In this document: positions 20,837 to 31,623 of the stretch, in pieces
Layout: each line of letters begins with the position of its first letter
How positions within the stretch are numbered: the stretch's first letter is position 1
Virus record (IMG/VR): IMGVR_UViG_3300045051_000720
Span: 124,001-188,000 of that record
DNA: 64,000 bases
Strand: one strand, 5' to 3'
Made by a program: the position numbers and the translations under genes
Notes under the pieces: model-generated
Told to the model about the DNA's origin: nothing
Seen by the model: only the letters and a program-made list of their open reading frames with translations
Databases searched by the model: none

Positions 20837-21430
20837 ATGGCTAAGGCTCCCGAGACAAGCGTGTGCGTGTTCAGTGACGAGAACCCGCCGCGGTACCGAT
20901 ACCTCCTAGACCACACCGTCGATGACACGGTCCCGAGCTACGCTCGAAAAACGGTCATCTTTATTCTCGCCAACCCCTCGGTCGCCAATCAGACCCAGCT
21001 AGACCGCACTCTGCGCCGCGCGCGAGGCTTCACCAAACGGTTAGGGGGTCATCATATGGCCATCCTCAACGCCTTCGCTTTCGTCAGCCAAGACCCGGCG
21101 GGAATGCTCAACGCAGATGACCCGGTCGGCCCGCTCAACGACCAGATCATCGCCAAGACCATCGCGCGCGAGGGGGTCCTTCATGTCATCTGCGGGTGGG
21201 GTCATCTGGGTACGCACCGTGGGCGCGACAAGGAGCTGATGGCGATGCTGCCGGGGCAGCTGTCCTGTTTGGGGCTGACCAAGGGTGGACAGCCTCGACA
21301 CCCCCTCTATCTCAAGGCCGACGCTCCTCTCCTGCCCTTTGGGTACGTGGTCAATCCGAGCTTGACATCACCATCCAACTCCGGTACGGTGAGCGCATGT
21401 CCTCCTCCCCCGACCTCATCCTCTGGGTGA
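20837..21430 (+). CDS. DUF1643 family protein
   Basis: RYRYLL, FILANPSVA..D.T, ILNAFAF..DP, GWG, TKGGQPRHPLY. Confidence 0.85.
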   Translation: MAKAPETSVCVFSDENPPRYRYLLDHTVDDTVPSYARKTVIFILANPSVANQTQLDRTLRRARGFTKRLGGHHMAILNAFAFVSQDPAGMLNADDPVGPLNDQIIAKTIAREGVLHVICGWGHLGTHRGRDKELMAMLPGQLSCLGLTKGGQPRHPLYLKADAPLLPFGYVVNPSLTSPSNSGTVSACPPPPTSSSG

Positions 21431-21492
21431 TCGTGGCGGTGGTGGTGGCGATTGTCATCTTCATCATCGACCAGATGGACCCGTTCGAATGA
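21397..21492 (+). CDS. Small single-TM protein, leaderless
   Basis: TTGACA-17-TACGGT (21362-21390) then 6 nt to ATG; coupled to the AAA gene. Confidence 0.6.
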   Translation: MSSSPDLILWVIVAVVVAIVIFIIDQMDPFE

Positions 21493-23000
21493 TCCCTGAT
21501 CTATCTCTCACCTCATGGGCCGGCATCGCCGCCGCTGGTGCCTTCATCGCCTCGGGATGGCGCACCATCCTTGCGGGATGCCGATGGGTATCCGACCTCA
21601 TCATCTGCCGCGTGATGCTCAAGGACGACACCGCGCGCGCGGTGATGGCGTATGCGTGGTCGAAGGGCAAGCGCAACCCGTTTGGGCTGAGGATGTTTGG
21701 CGGGTTGACTACGTTCGTCGCGCCCAAGCGAAGGGTTGAGGTTGTGGGTTACGAGAGTGTGACCAGCGAACCGGTGCTTTTCTGGATGGGTCGCGTGCCC
21801 ATGCTCATCAGTTGGGGTATGACCTGCAAGGAGCACGATCGGCTCAACGTGGGCAATCAGATCGGTGGGCCGGCGATGCCTACCACCCTGCGGTTCCTTC
21901 GCGGCACGTTGAATGTCGAGACTTTTATCGAGGCGGCCATCACCGCCTACAACCAGAAGCGACAGATGACTGACGACGCAACGCGCCGTCCCAAGCGGTT
22001 CAACGTCATCCGCATGACCGGCCCGGTGCGGGGCGAACACGAGTTGTCGATGAAAGGGTCGGGCTCTGAGAGCCCCAATAGCATCAGTGGTACCGCTTCC
22101 GATTTCCTCATTCAACTCCAGCGCGGTGAGATGCGCACGTTGACGTGGAAGCCCGAGGATTTGGTCGAACTGGGGTCGAGCGAGAAGCCCTTCACGCATC
22201 ACCCGGTCGCCCCCGACATCATGGCGGCGTTCGATGACATCGGGGGATGGCTCAAGCACGAGAACTGGTTTCGCTCGCGGGGTGTGCCGTGGAGACGGGG
22301 ATTCCTGATCCACTCGCCGCCCGGCGCGGGAAAGGACACGTTGATTCGCAACCTCGCCATCCAGCACGACCTTCCCATCTACGCCTTCGACCTGTCCACC
22401 TACGACAACCGCTCGTTCCCCGATGCGTACCGTGCGGTGATGCAGAACGCGCCCGCCATCGCGCTAATCAGTGACATCGACGCCGTGTTCAAGGGGCGCG
22501 AGAACGTCGCGGTCAAGGACAAGCAGCGCGAGGGGTTGACCTTCGACTGTTTGCTCAATACCCTCAGCGGCATCACCACGTCGGAGGGGGTCCTCCTGTT
22601 CATCACGACCAATCACATCGAGAGCCTCGATCCTGCACTCGGCCAACCGCGCAATGGGGATCATAAGTCCACTCGGCCCGGCCGCATCGACAAGGTGATT
22701 GAGATGGGCGCGATGCAGGAGCGCGAGCGGCGCTTGTTGGCCCAGCATGTGCTGAGTGACTGGCCCGACCAGATTGAGCCCACTGTCGTGGCGGGCGAGG
22801 GCGAGATGGCTGCCCAGTTCCAAGAGCGGTGCGCGCAGGTCGCGCTCAAGGCGTATTGGGAGAGGGGGCTGACCAGCGAGGTTGTACCTGTGGCGGCACG
22901 AGCGGTTGATGAATCGGCGCGACGCGAGGACGATAGTAAATGGGCAGATGAACAGGCGTTGATGCGCGCGCGACGTTTTATGCAAGCGAAATCCTTATGA
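21489..23000 (+). CDS. BCS1-like membrane-anchored AAA+ ATPase
   Basis: N-terminal TM segment; GVPWRRGFLIHSPPGAGK, ISDIDAVF, LTFDCLLNTLSG, FITTNHIESLDPAL, RPGRIDK. Confidence 0.85.
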   Translation: MIPDLSLTSWAGIAAAGAFIASGWRTILAGCRWVSDLIICRVMLKDDTARAVMAYAWSKGKRNPFGLRMFGGLTTFVAPKRRVEVVGYESVTSEPVLFWMGRVPMLISWGMTCKEHDRLNVGNQIGGPAMPTTLRFLRGTLNVETFIEAAITAYNQKRQMTDDATRRPKRFNVIRMTGPVRGEHELSMKGSGSESPNSISGTASDFLIQLQRGEMRTLTWKPEDLVELGSSEKPFTHHPVAPDIMAAFDDIGGWLKHENWFRSRGVPWRRGFLIHSPPGAGKDTLIRNLAIQHDLPIYAFDLSTYDNRSFPDAYRAVMQNAPAIALISDIDAVFKGRENVAVKDKQREGLTFDCLLNTLSGITTSEGVLLFITTNHIESLDPALGQPRNGDHKSTRPGRIDKVIEMGAMQERERRLLAQHVLSDWPDQIEPTVVAGEGEMAAQFQERCAQVALKAYWERGLTSEVVPVAARAVDESARREDDSKWADEQALMRARRFMQAKSL

Positions 23001-25148
23001 GCATCCACCTCACCCCCGAGGAACAGACGACCTTGACGATTGCCCTCGCCCTCGAAAATGAGGGCTTCACCTCCGCCGCGCAGTGGCTGCGCAATCAGAT
23101 TGCCGCGCTGAGGGGCATCAAATGGGATCAACCACCGCACCCGGGTGGGTGGGAGGCCGTGTTTCGCACTCATCGGGGAAGCTTACCACCAGTGGTGACC
23201 CCAACCCCAACCGCGCATCAACCGGCCATTCTGCCGGACCAGATTGTCGGCGCGCCGTTTGACGAGACCTTATGACCGTCGAGACCACAGACTACACTCC
23301 CGAGGGTAAGACCCTCTCCGATTGCTCTCCCGCCGAGTTGATGCACACTGTCCTTGCCATTCGTCAGCACGGTATGCTCCGGATGCACGCCGCCGAACGG
23401 TTGATGAACCGTATCAACGACGAGCTGGAGTCGCGCAAGCTGGGGTTATTCACCTACGAGGACAACGGCACCGATCCCGATGACAAGGGGATGGTGCACG
23501 CCATCGGGCCGCTTCAAGACACGTTACGCACCGACGACCATCATCACGTCATCCTCATCCGCAACGTGGACCGTCAGTACCGGGTCCTGACCGTCAATGG
23601 TCCGTTCTCCAAGGTGCGCGCCGAGGTGCGGGCATTTTGCGATGCGCCGTCTCGTCATCCCAAGGTCGAGCCCCTCGATTTGAGCAAAGGCCCTGTGGTC
23701 TTGCCCAGCGGGACTATCGTCGGGATGGTTGACCCATTTATTCCATGACCCTCACCGACCAAGACCTTGACAACCTCCTCGCCATCCTCGCTGAGCGAGA
23801 ACGACTCAAAGCGTTGACCAACCGCGCGCTGGTGTTGGAGGTGTTAGGCCACCCAGCCGCCGACGATCCAGTGGTGATCGAGCTGATGAACCGGGTGCTC
23901 CCCGGTTGGGAGCACGGCTTTACAGAGGAGGAGACTGAGTCATGATCCCCACCACCCTAGACGAGGCCGTCGATCAGATCATCGCCTCGATGTCCGAGGC
24001 CGCCAAGGCGGGCTGGCGTGCCTCCAAAGACGGGTATGCTGCGCGTCTGCATCGCGGCTTTGGTACCGCCCTCCGCAATGACTGGGGCCTCTGGTACAAC
24101 AAGACCCCCATTGCGCGGTGGTTCCAGTCATATGGGGTGCTCCATGCGGACGACCGCTCGGGGATCATCCTCGACGCCGTACACGCGCGCCTGAAGGGCC
24201 TCCCCTTCTCCATTGACGAACAGGCGGTCTACTACAAGGCGTGGTGGGCCAAGCGGGGGATGAACGCGGATGGCAGCCCGCGGACGGCGGTGAGGCGTCT
24301 GTTTGTCAAGAAGGACGGGTCGGTTACCGAGGACCCATCATGACCGACCACGTGTGCCGTCAACCGCAGACCTGCACCTGCTCCATTCAGGCCTTGGAGC
24401 CCGACGAGCAGTGTCCTATCCACGGCGCGGGCGAGTGGCCGCCGAGATGTGAGATCTGCGGACGGTTGATGCCATGGCCCAAGGAGGCCGAACCCCATGA
24501 CGACTGACGTATGGACCCCCTATGCCCAACAGGGCCACGGCAAGGGCCATTCTCCCGTACCTGAGGCCGGGTTCTACGGAGCGTTGCTCATAGGCACGTG
24601 CCTGCTCGCGTGGGTGTTGCGCAAGATCCGGCGATGAGCTTTTTACCCAATCCTGTTCCATCGAAAGGGAGGTCTCGCTACCCTCGCTGGACCCTGCGTG
24701 ACGGCACCAAGGTGAGGGTCGAAGATATGAGCGACGCTCACGTCAAACGCGCGATAGTCTACCTCGAACGCAAGGCCCAAGAGCGGTGGCCCGATTTTGT
24801 GCGCGAGTGCAACGCGGCGATTGGGTGTTGGGATGAGCAGATGGGCGGGACGACGGGTGTTGAAGACGCCCTAGAGGACGCAAACGGATGGACCGTCTGT
24901 CTCCACCCCATGCACGAGCATCTGGTCGCCGAGGCTGAGCGGCGCGGGTTGGAGGTGGAGCGATGATCCCCACTGACATCCTCCGTACTGCCGATATCCT
25001 CCGTACCATGGCGGCACGCCGTCCCGACTATCCCGTTTACACGGTATGGAACGCGCTGGTCATCTATATCCCCGAGGACCAGTGGATGAGTGCGGTGGAG
25101 CGTTATGCCGATGCGCTGGTGCCGGACTGGAGGACCCTATGCGACTAG
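22997..25148 (+). other. Run of small hypothetical CDSs
   Basis: 22997-23275, 23272-23748, 23745-23945, 23942-24343, 24340-24507, 24497-24637, 24634-24966, 24963-25148. Confidence 0.75.
23942..24343 (+). CDS. DUF6794-like protein
   Basis: TLDEA, HRGFGTALRNDWGLW, WF..YGVLHADDRSGIIL; family recalled from memory. Confidence 0.6.
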   Translation: MIPTTLDEAVDQIIASMSEAAKAGWRASKDGYAARLHRGFGTALRNDWGLWYNKTPIARWFQSYGVLHADDRSGIILDAVHARLKGLPFSIDEQAVYYKAWWAKRGMNADGSPRTAVRRLFVKKDGSVTEDPS

Positions 25149-25516
25149 CTATCATCGGGTTGCGCACCGCGACTGACTATGCCATCCTTGATGGGGTTAT
25201 GGCACGCCATTTTACCGCCCCGATGGGCAAACAAGACGATACGGTCGAGACCATCGTGACCGAGGTGATCAGCGGCGGGGCCGCAGGAGCAGACACCCTT
25301 GGCGCTCGCTGGGCTACTGAGCGCCAGATCAAGTTGACGGTGTTCAAGCCCGACTGGAACCGCTTCGGCAAGCGTGCGGGGTTCGTGCGCAACGAGGACA
25401 TCGTCGCGGCGGCGGATGTCGTGCTGGCGATTTGGGATGGCTCGTCAAAGGGCACCCAGAACAGCCTCTCTATCGCCAAGCGTCTCAAGAAGCCCACTAT
25501 CATCATCTACTCATGA
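25139..25516 (+). CDS. SLOG-family (YspA/DUF2493-like) protein
   Basis: LAIIG, ISGGAAGADTLGARWA, PDW..GKRAGFVRNEDIV, AIWDGSSKGT. Confidence 0.88.
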   Translation: MRLAIIGLRTATDYAILDGVMARHFTAPMGKQDDTVETIVTEVISGGAAGADTLGARWATERQIKLTVFKPDWNRFGKRAGFVRNEDIVAAADVVLAIWDGSSKGTQNSLSIAKRLKKPTIIIYS

Positions 25517-25570
25517 AACTCCCTTCCCATATCCTCAAGCAGGTCAAGTGGTTCGAGCATGGCACTATCC

Positions 25571-26812
25571 TCATTTGACGTGAGTCAAACGCTGACATTC
25601 CCGCTTCACAGGCCCCACAGTCGGGGCCTCCCCGGGCGTATCTTTCCGGCGTGCCTGCCGGTAGTTTTCGGCCAGCAAGCTGGTCGAAGAAGTGTCTTGC
25701 GTACGAAACGCCATAGCGCGGATATTCCGCGCGGCGTTGACATCACGGTCGTGGGTTATACCACAGACGCATGTCCAGTTTCGGTCGGCGAGAGTCAAAT
25801 CGCGCTTGATGTGACCGCATTCGGAGCACGTCTTGGACGACGGCTCGAAGCGACCTATCACGCGGACATTGACGCCATACCACCTAGCCTTGTACTCGAT
25901 CTGACGGCGCAGTTCGCGCCATCCTGCGTCCTGAATCGACCTGTTCAGGGCTCGCCCGCGACGAGATGTCGTGAGCATATCCGACACCGACAGATCCTCG
26001 ATGCACAGCGTGGTGGCGTGGCTCTTGCGCACCAGATAGCTGGACACCTTATGGAGGTTGTCGTTGCGGATGAAAGAGATACGTTCGTGGGTCAAGGCTA
26101 CACGTTGCCGCGCCTTGTTCCGATTCGCCGAGCCCTTGACCTTGCGCGACAGGCGGCGTTGTCGAATCTGAAGGCGGCGCAGGTACCGCTTCAACGCGCG
26201 CGGGTTCTCGAACCGTTGACCATCGCTCGTCACGATCAAATCCTTGAGACCAAAGTCAAGACCAAGAGCATGGTTCTCCTCGGCGAGTGGCGGCGTAGGC
26301 TCTGTCAACCCATCCTCAACCAAGATCGAGACGTAGATCTTGCCCGTTGCAACGCGCGAGACGGTGGTAGTCTTGATCTCACCGTCAAAACGGCGGTTGA
26401 AGCACCCCTTGAGGCCCTCACGGAAGCCGATCAGACTCACACGCTGAGTGCCGAAGTCAACTTTGGTCTTCTGAGGCAGCTGAAAGGAGTCATGTTGACC
26501 TTTGGCCTTGAAACGCGGGAACGAGGCTTGCCGATTGAAAAAACGCGTAAAGGCGGCATCAAGGTTGCGCAATGCCGATTGCAGAGCTGCCGCGGGTACC
26601 TCCTCCAACCACTGCGTTTCTTCTCTCTCTTTCAACTCGGGCAGATGTGCCTGAAGCTCGTAAAGCGATACACTCACCCCCGCCTCCATATATCGCGCCG
26701 TTTTCTCGGCGAGAGCCCAGTTGTAAATCCAGCGGACGCAACCAAACACCTTAGCCAGTTTAACTTGCTGGTCGGGGGTGGGGTAGATACGGTAGCGGTA
26801 TGCTTTGAGCAC
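25571..26812 (-). CDS. tnpB: TnpB RNA-guided endonuclease (IS200/IS605 family)
   Basis: KAYRYRIYP..FGCVRWIYN; RuvC GLDFGLKD, IEDL, RDVNAARNI; CSEC/CVC zinc finger; GTG start. Confidence 0.95.
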   Translation of the reverse strand: MLKAYRYRIYPTPDQQVKLAKVFGCVRWIYNWALAEKTARYMEAGVSVSLYELQAHLPELKEREETQWLEEVPAAALQSALRNLDAAFTRFFNRQASFPRFKAKGQHDSFQLPQKTKVDFGTQRVSLIGFREGLKGCFNRRFDGEIKTTTVSRVATGKIYVSILVEDGLTEPTPPLAEENHALGLDFGLKDLIVTSDGQRFENPRALKRYLRRLQIRQRRLSRKVKGSANRNKARQRVALTHERISFIRNDNLHKVSSYLVRKSHATTLCIEDLSVSDMLTTSRRGRALNRSIQDAGWRELRRQIEYKARWYGVNVRVIGRFEPSSKTCSECGHIKRDLTLADRNWTCVCGITHDRDVNAARNIRAMAFRTQDTSSTSLLAENYRQARRKDTPGEAPTVGPVKRECQRLTHVK

Positions 26813-26846
26813 GCTACGCTATACACCGAGCGTAACAGTGGCGATG
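25580..26846 (-). mobile_element. Solo-tnpB IS200/IS605 (IS1341-like) element
   Basis: Right end ends in TCAC after a GGCCCC/GGGGCC hairpin; TTTAC lies just outside the inferred left end; no tnpA; removing it joins the flanks in frame. Confidence 0.6.
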
Positions 26847-26948
26847 GTAAAGGGATTGTAAAACGTATTGTTGAGCTGCTCGCCCAGCTCAAGACCCAAT
26901 GCCCCGAACAGGCTTGACAGTCCGATTCAACTCCCCTAGACTGCTCCT

Positions 26949-29374
26949 ATGACCAATCGCGTTTGCCGCCGCCTTCGCAAGCTTTTGAATCTCCCTAGGG
27001 TCCCGAAGACCATGGGGACGGTTGACAGGCTGGCGTATAGAAACCTCAAGGCCAGATTCAAACGGTTGCCGGCACCCGCGCGCGCCATTTTCTTAGCCAA
27101 CCTCAAAACCCTCCAAGCATGAACCCCCAACCCAACCCCGAGATCGTCGAGGCCGTCGAGCAGATCGTCTCTACCATCGACATCATCGCGCTCAATCCGC
27201 GCATGTGGTATTCACTTGCCAAGGTTTATCGTACGGCGCTAGATGCCCTCGTGGCTGAAGGCTTCGCCCGCGAAGAGGCCATCACCATCCTGAGCCGCCA
27301 AGGGGCGGTGAAAGGCTGATATGACCGTCGCCGCCCTAATCAAGGCCCTCCAGAAGCAGGACCCCAAGGCCCACGTGATCCTGTCCAGCGATCCCGAGGG
27401 TAACCACCACTCGCCTCTCTACTCCGCCACTCCCGCCGTATGGGACGGCGAAGACCTCCGTCTGCGCGAATGGACGGATGACGATGTCTGCCTTGATCCT
27501 GACACGTGGAAGGCGATGAAGAGAGACCCCAAGATGCGCGCTATCCTTCTATCCCCCGAATCATGATCCTCGAAGACGCTATTGCCACCCTCATCGAATC
27601 TGCCCGCGAGCACGGTCTCCCTTCGGAGACCACTAATGCGTTGGTTGCTGACCTCCGCAAGGCTGCCAAGGAGGAGGCCGCATCTCGCGATAAGGTTTCC
27701 GCCCCCAAGACGCGCCTTGTGGCATTTCTGCGCTCATCTGATCCGGTCGTCATCCGCGCGGCCGAAGCCGGGGTATTTATTGCCTCGGTTCCTGACGACG
27801 CCTCTACCGCAACCTATAGCGGACAGAGTCTTCTTGGCCGCCTGCGTTCCGCCATCACCGCTCATAACGACGCACCCAAGGGCAAGCGCAAGGCCAAGGT
27901 GGTTATCCAGACGTGGCAGCAAGCCTTCGCGCATCTTCGCCCAAAGACCATCAAAGCCTCAGGCAGTGTGATCGGCATCAAGCAGAAGGGTACCCCCGCC
28001 GAGGTCGTGGTCCTGACCAAAGAGGAGGTCAAATGAGCGCGCTTGGTCGCATGTTTTTTATTCTCATCGGCACAGCATACATATCAGTGTTCGTGGGGGC
28101 TTCGTGGGTCCCAATGTGGGTTGCCGTTGTTTGGGGCACGATTCTCGGTCTTGCGGCAGAACCCCTCGCCAAATGGGTAAGGGAGGGCGCATGACCCCCG
28201 AGCGTAAGGCCGCATCGCGGTTGGGTTGGTTGCCGATTCTCGGCGCGATGTGGATCATCGTGTTCGTCTGCATCGTACCACCGATCTGGTATGTGTCTCT
28301 GCCTATCGCCCTTGTTTGCGGGATGATTCTAACCCATTACGAACCGGCGCTTTACCGCTGGGTCACCGCGCCCGAACGGGAGGTCAAATGAGCCCTACAT
28401 CTCTGGTCCCCGTTGCCAAGCAAGACGCCCTGCGCGCCGCCGAGGTGATGCTGAAAGACGTAGACAAGCGCCGTGCGGCAGAACGCACCAAAACGATCCA
28501 CGGGGTTCTTGACACACGCCGTGTGCGTACCGGCTGGTTCAAGACCCGTCCCATCACGCCCGACGAGGCTGAGCGGCTTGTTGACCAGCCCCACGACATC
28601 TTCGATGACGATTGGCGCCTTGGTCTGTGGCGTCTTGAGTACGAAGGCAACAAAACCCTTGCAGAACGCCTTCAGGCCGCCGTTCAGCTCACCTGCGACG
28701 GTACCATCTGGCTCAACCTAGAGGAGGCGGCGGTGGTGCAGTCCTTTCTATGAACACCTACCCGATCATCGACGTAGACTGGGTCAGCATGGTCGAACCC
28801 CTCACGCCCGGCTGGGACGTGTGGGAGGTGGATGCTGTGCTAGACACGGGCGACACCATCCATGGGACCATCATTGGCGACGGGGTCAACTCGTTCGACA
28901 TCGAGTCGTTCACGCCGGATGAGTAACCCCTATCCTCATCTGATCCGCGAGTACGCGGTCATTGACGAGATGGAGTACGACCGCCTCGGTAAGGCAGGTG
29001 TCCGTAAGCTCATGGCGGATGTAGAGGCAAAAGCCCGCGCGGTGGCCAAGCGGGTTGGCATCAAGCGCATCAAGGTTCGCGCCAAGAGGTGGGACTTGGA
29101 TGTGCTCTGCGGATTCACCGACTACCCCATGTACCTCTGCGGACCCGATGCGCCGCGCATCGAGACCGCGGCCGATGTGTTCAAGCACGTTTGGCATCTC
29201 AACAACCCTCGCGCGCGCTATGAGTGTGTGCTGGAGGACAAGGCCCTGTTCGACCAGAAGCGGCGTGAGTGGCTTGATGGGTTGGTAGCGCAGGCGCGCG
29301 CTGAGGGTATTGACTCCCTGCGTGAAACGTGGGCTCCCAACGTGATCGCTATGGTCAAGCGAAGGATGCGATGA
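26949..29374 (+). other. Run of small hypothetical CDSs, including two small TM proteins
   Basis: Promoter TTGACA-17-TAGACT at 26914-26942; ORFs 26949-27122, 27119-27319, 27321-27566, 27563-28036, 28033-28194 (TM), 28191-28391 (TM), 28388-28753, 28750-28926, 28919-29374. Confidence 0.75.
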
Positions 29375-29703
29375 ACCCCCTTCTCATCTGCTACCTCCTC
29401 GCCGTCCACTGGGTGGCGGATTTCGTGCTCCAGACCGACGAGATGGCGTTGAAAAAATCGACCTCCAACCGTTGGCTCACGGACCATGTGGCGGTCTATA
29501 CCTGTGCCCTAGCCTTCCTCACGCTCTCGCCGTGGTTCGCGCTTATCAATGGGTTTCTCCACTGGGGCACCGACTACGTCACCTCGCGCTGGACGACGCG
29601 GCTGTGGAAGGCCGAGCGGCGGCATGACTTTTTCGTCGCGATCGGTGTGGACCAGTTGGTTCACACCACTACGCTTGTGTTGACTGCCTATTGGTTTCTA
29701 TGA
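29371..29703 (+). CDS. DUF3307 family membrane protein
   Basis: HWVADFVLQT, L..HVAVY, LHWGTD, IGVDQLVH. Confidence 0.88.
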   Translation: MNPLLICYLLAVHWVADFVLQTDEMALKKSTSNRWLTDHVAVYTCALAFLTLSPWFALINGFLHWGTDYVTSRWTTRLWKAERRHDFFVAIGVDQLVHTTTLVLTAYWFL

Positions 29704-29960
29704 CCAAGACCCTCATCCTCCACCTCTGGCCCGCCAACAACATGGCCGAGCTGCTCGACGGCAAGACCACCGTGTTTATCGGCAACACGTGGGACTGGCA
29801 TCCCGGTTGTCACGGCACGACCCTTCGCTTGCGACGCAAGCTGGTTGACATCAAGTGGCCCGATTACGTGAGGGGGCCGCACGCAGTCGCCCAGATGATC
29901 GCCGAGCAGGTCGGCGCGCGGCTCAAGGTCAAGGTGTACAAGCGGGCGTGGAGGCGATGA
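29700..29960 (+). CDS. Hypothetical protein
   Basis: ATGA-coupled on both sides. Confidence 0.65.
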   Translation: MTKTLILHLWPANNMAELLDGKTTVFIGNTWDWHPGCHGTTLRLRRKLVDIKWPDYVRGPHAVAQMIAEQVGARLKVKVYKRAWRR

Positions 29961-31183
29961 TTCGGGCCTTGACACGCCTGTTCAACCCTGATAAGGTGTC
30001 GTCCATGATCGTCTCTACCAACCCCGGCGTGCTTGACATGAGGGGGCTTAGGCTGTTTGGCTTATCGGCCAAGGTCAACGAGAACCCGCGCGGGATGTTC
30101 GGGTCTGGTCTCAAACATGCCGTCGCCATTCTACTGCGCACCGGCCATACCGTCACGCTGTACCGAGGGCTGGAGCGTCACGTCTTCGGCGTCAAGCCCA
30201 TCGAGATGCGTGGCAAGGACTTCAAGGTCGTCACGCTCGATGGCGAGGAGCTAGCCTTCGGCACCGATCTCGGGCCACATTGGACCGTCCCCATGGCCTA
30301 TCGCGAGATCCACTCGAACGCGCTGGACGAGAAGGGCGAGACCACCCGGATGACCGAGTACACCCCGCGCACCGACCAGACCGCCATCGTGGTCGAAGGG
30401 GCCGAATATGAACGGGCCTACAACCAGCGCGATCTCATCTTCCTGTCCACAACCCCCATCCTGTCCACTGACAAGCTGGACATCCACGCTGGGTCGAGCC
30501 GCTATGCCTACTATCGCGGCGTGCAGGTGTACGAGCTGCCGCGCCCGTCTCTGTACACCTACAACCTGCGCCACCTGTCCTTCGGGCTGACCGAAGACCG
30601 CACCCTCAAGGACTCGTGCGACATCCATTGGCGGGTCGCCGAGGCCGTGGCGCAGATCACCGATGAGACCTTCCTGCGCACCGCGCTCTTGGCTCCCGAG
30701 AGTGCATTCGAGCACATGATCGGAGGCTCGTGGTCCGAAGAGCCAACCGATGCCTTTGTTGCGGCTTATCGCACCCTGCGCGAGGCTGGTCACGCGGCAG
30801 ATTTGACCTCGTTGGCTAACGCCACCTATCTGCGCAAGCACAAGACCCTTCCCCTGCCCCCTCCGGTCACCCTAACCCGCATCCAACAGATGCAGCTCGA
30901 CAAGGCCATTGCGTTTTGTGTGCGAGCGGGCTGGACAGTCACCGATTACCCCATCGTGGTCGTCCCCCACGCCCATGGTAACCTGCTCGCGCTGGCGGAG
31001 GACGGTAAGATCGTCCTGACGATCCGGCTGTTCGACATGGGGGTCGCGGAGGTTGTCAATGCGCTTTTCGAGGAGTACACCCACCTCACCACGGGGTACC
31101 GCGACATGACGCGCGAGATGCAGTCGCATCTGATGCGTCAGGTGGTGTGTGCCAAAGCCGAGCTAGTCGGCGAGGTTCTATGA
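29957..31183 (+). CDS. GHKL (HATPase_c-like) ATPase protein with permuted motif order
   Basis: GMFGSGLKHA (G2-like) comes before AYREIHSNALDE (N-box-like); possible C-terminal EEYTH metal motif. Confidence 0.7.
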   Translation: MIRALTRLFNPDKVSSMIVSTNPGVLDMRGLRLFGLSAKVNENPRGMFGSGLKHAVAILLRTGHTVTLYRGLERHVFGVKPIEMRGKDFKVVTLDGEELAFGTDLGPHWTVPMAYREIHSNALDEKGETTRMTEYTPRTDQTAIVVEGAEYERAYNQRDLIFLSTTPILSTDKLDIHAGSSRYAYYRGVQVYELPRPSLYTYNLRHLSFGLTEDRTLKDSCDIHWRVAEAVAQITDETFLRTALLAPESAFEHMIGGSWSEEPTDAFVAAYRTLREAGHAADLTSLANATYLRKHKTLPLPPPVTLTRIQQMQLDKAIAFCVRAGWTVTDYPIVVVPHAHGNLLALAEDGKIVLTIRLFDMGVAEVVNALFEEYTHLTTGYRDMTREMQSHLMRQVVCAKAELVGEVL

Positions 31184-31623
31184 CCCTCCTCTGGCCCATG
31201 CAACCCATCGAGCGCCATTTGACTCAACAAGCGGCCCATATCCCCGAGGAGGGGGTCTACCTCAAGTCGCGTCACGTCCACGATTTCGTCGGCCACACAT
31301 GGGTGGACAAAACCGGCGCGACCAAGACCTTCTGCATCGACGGTGGGCTGGACTACCAACGCCGCGTCGGCGACCTCGATCTCATCGACGCGGGCCGGGT
31401 GGTTGACTGGTCGATTTGGTCGGATGACGAGTTCGAGGTCTACCGGGACCACCTGCTCTGGGGCACCTATGGCCCCGATGGTGACCAACCCCTCCGCTGG
31501 GTCCCGCTCAAGGACTGTACGCTTGACCATCTCAAGGCCATCCAGAGGACCCAATCGCACATCGTTGGCACGATAGCCGAGAAGGTCGTGGACTGGTGGG
31601 TTAAGGAGAAGGAGGGGCTATGA
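31180..31623 (+). CDS. Hypothetical phage protein
   Basis: ATGA-coupled; SRHVHDFV..IDGG..Y.R..WGTYG. Confidence 0.7.
   Translation: MTLLWPMQPIERHLTQQAAHIPEEGVYLKSRHVHDFVGHTWVDKTGATKTFCIDGGLDYQRRVGDLDLIDAGRVVDWSIWSDDEFEVYRDHLLWGTYGPDGDQPLRWVPLKDCTLDHLKAIQRTQSHIVGTIAEKVVDWWVKEKEGL

Noticed and set aside
25576-25578. TGA recoded as Trp or Gly
   Set aside because: Dozens of genes end in TGA within ATGA overlaps, so the standard code applies.
25559-26917. 452-aa plus-strand ORF
   Set aside because: Antisense shadow of tnpB. Only its last 23 or so codons may belong to the disrupted small gene.
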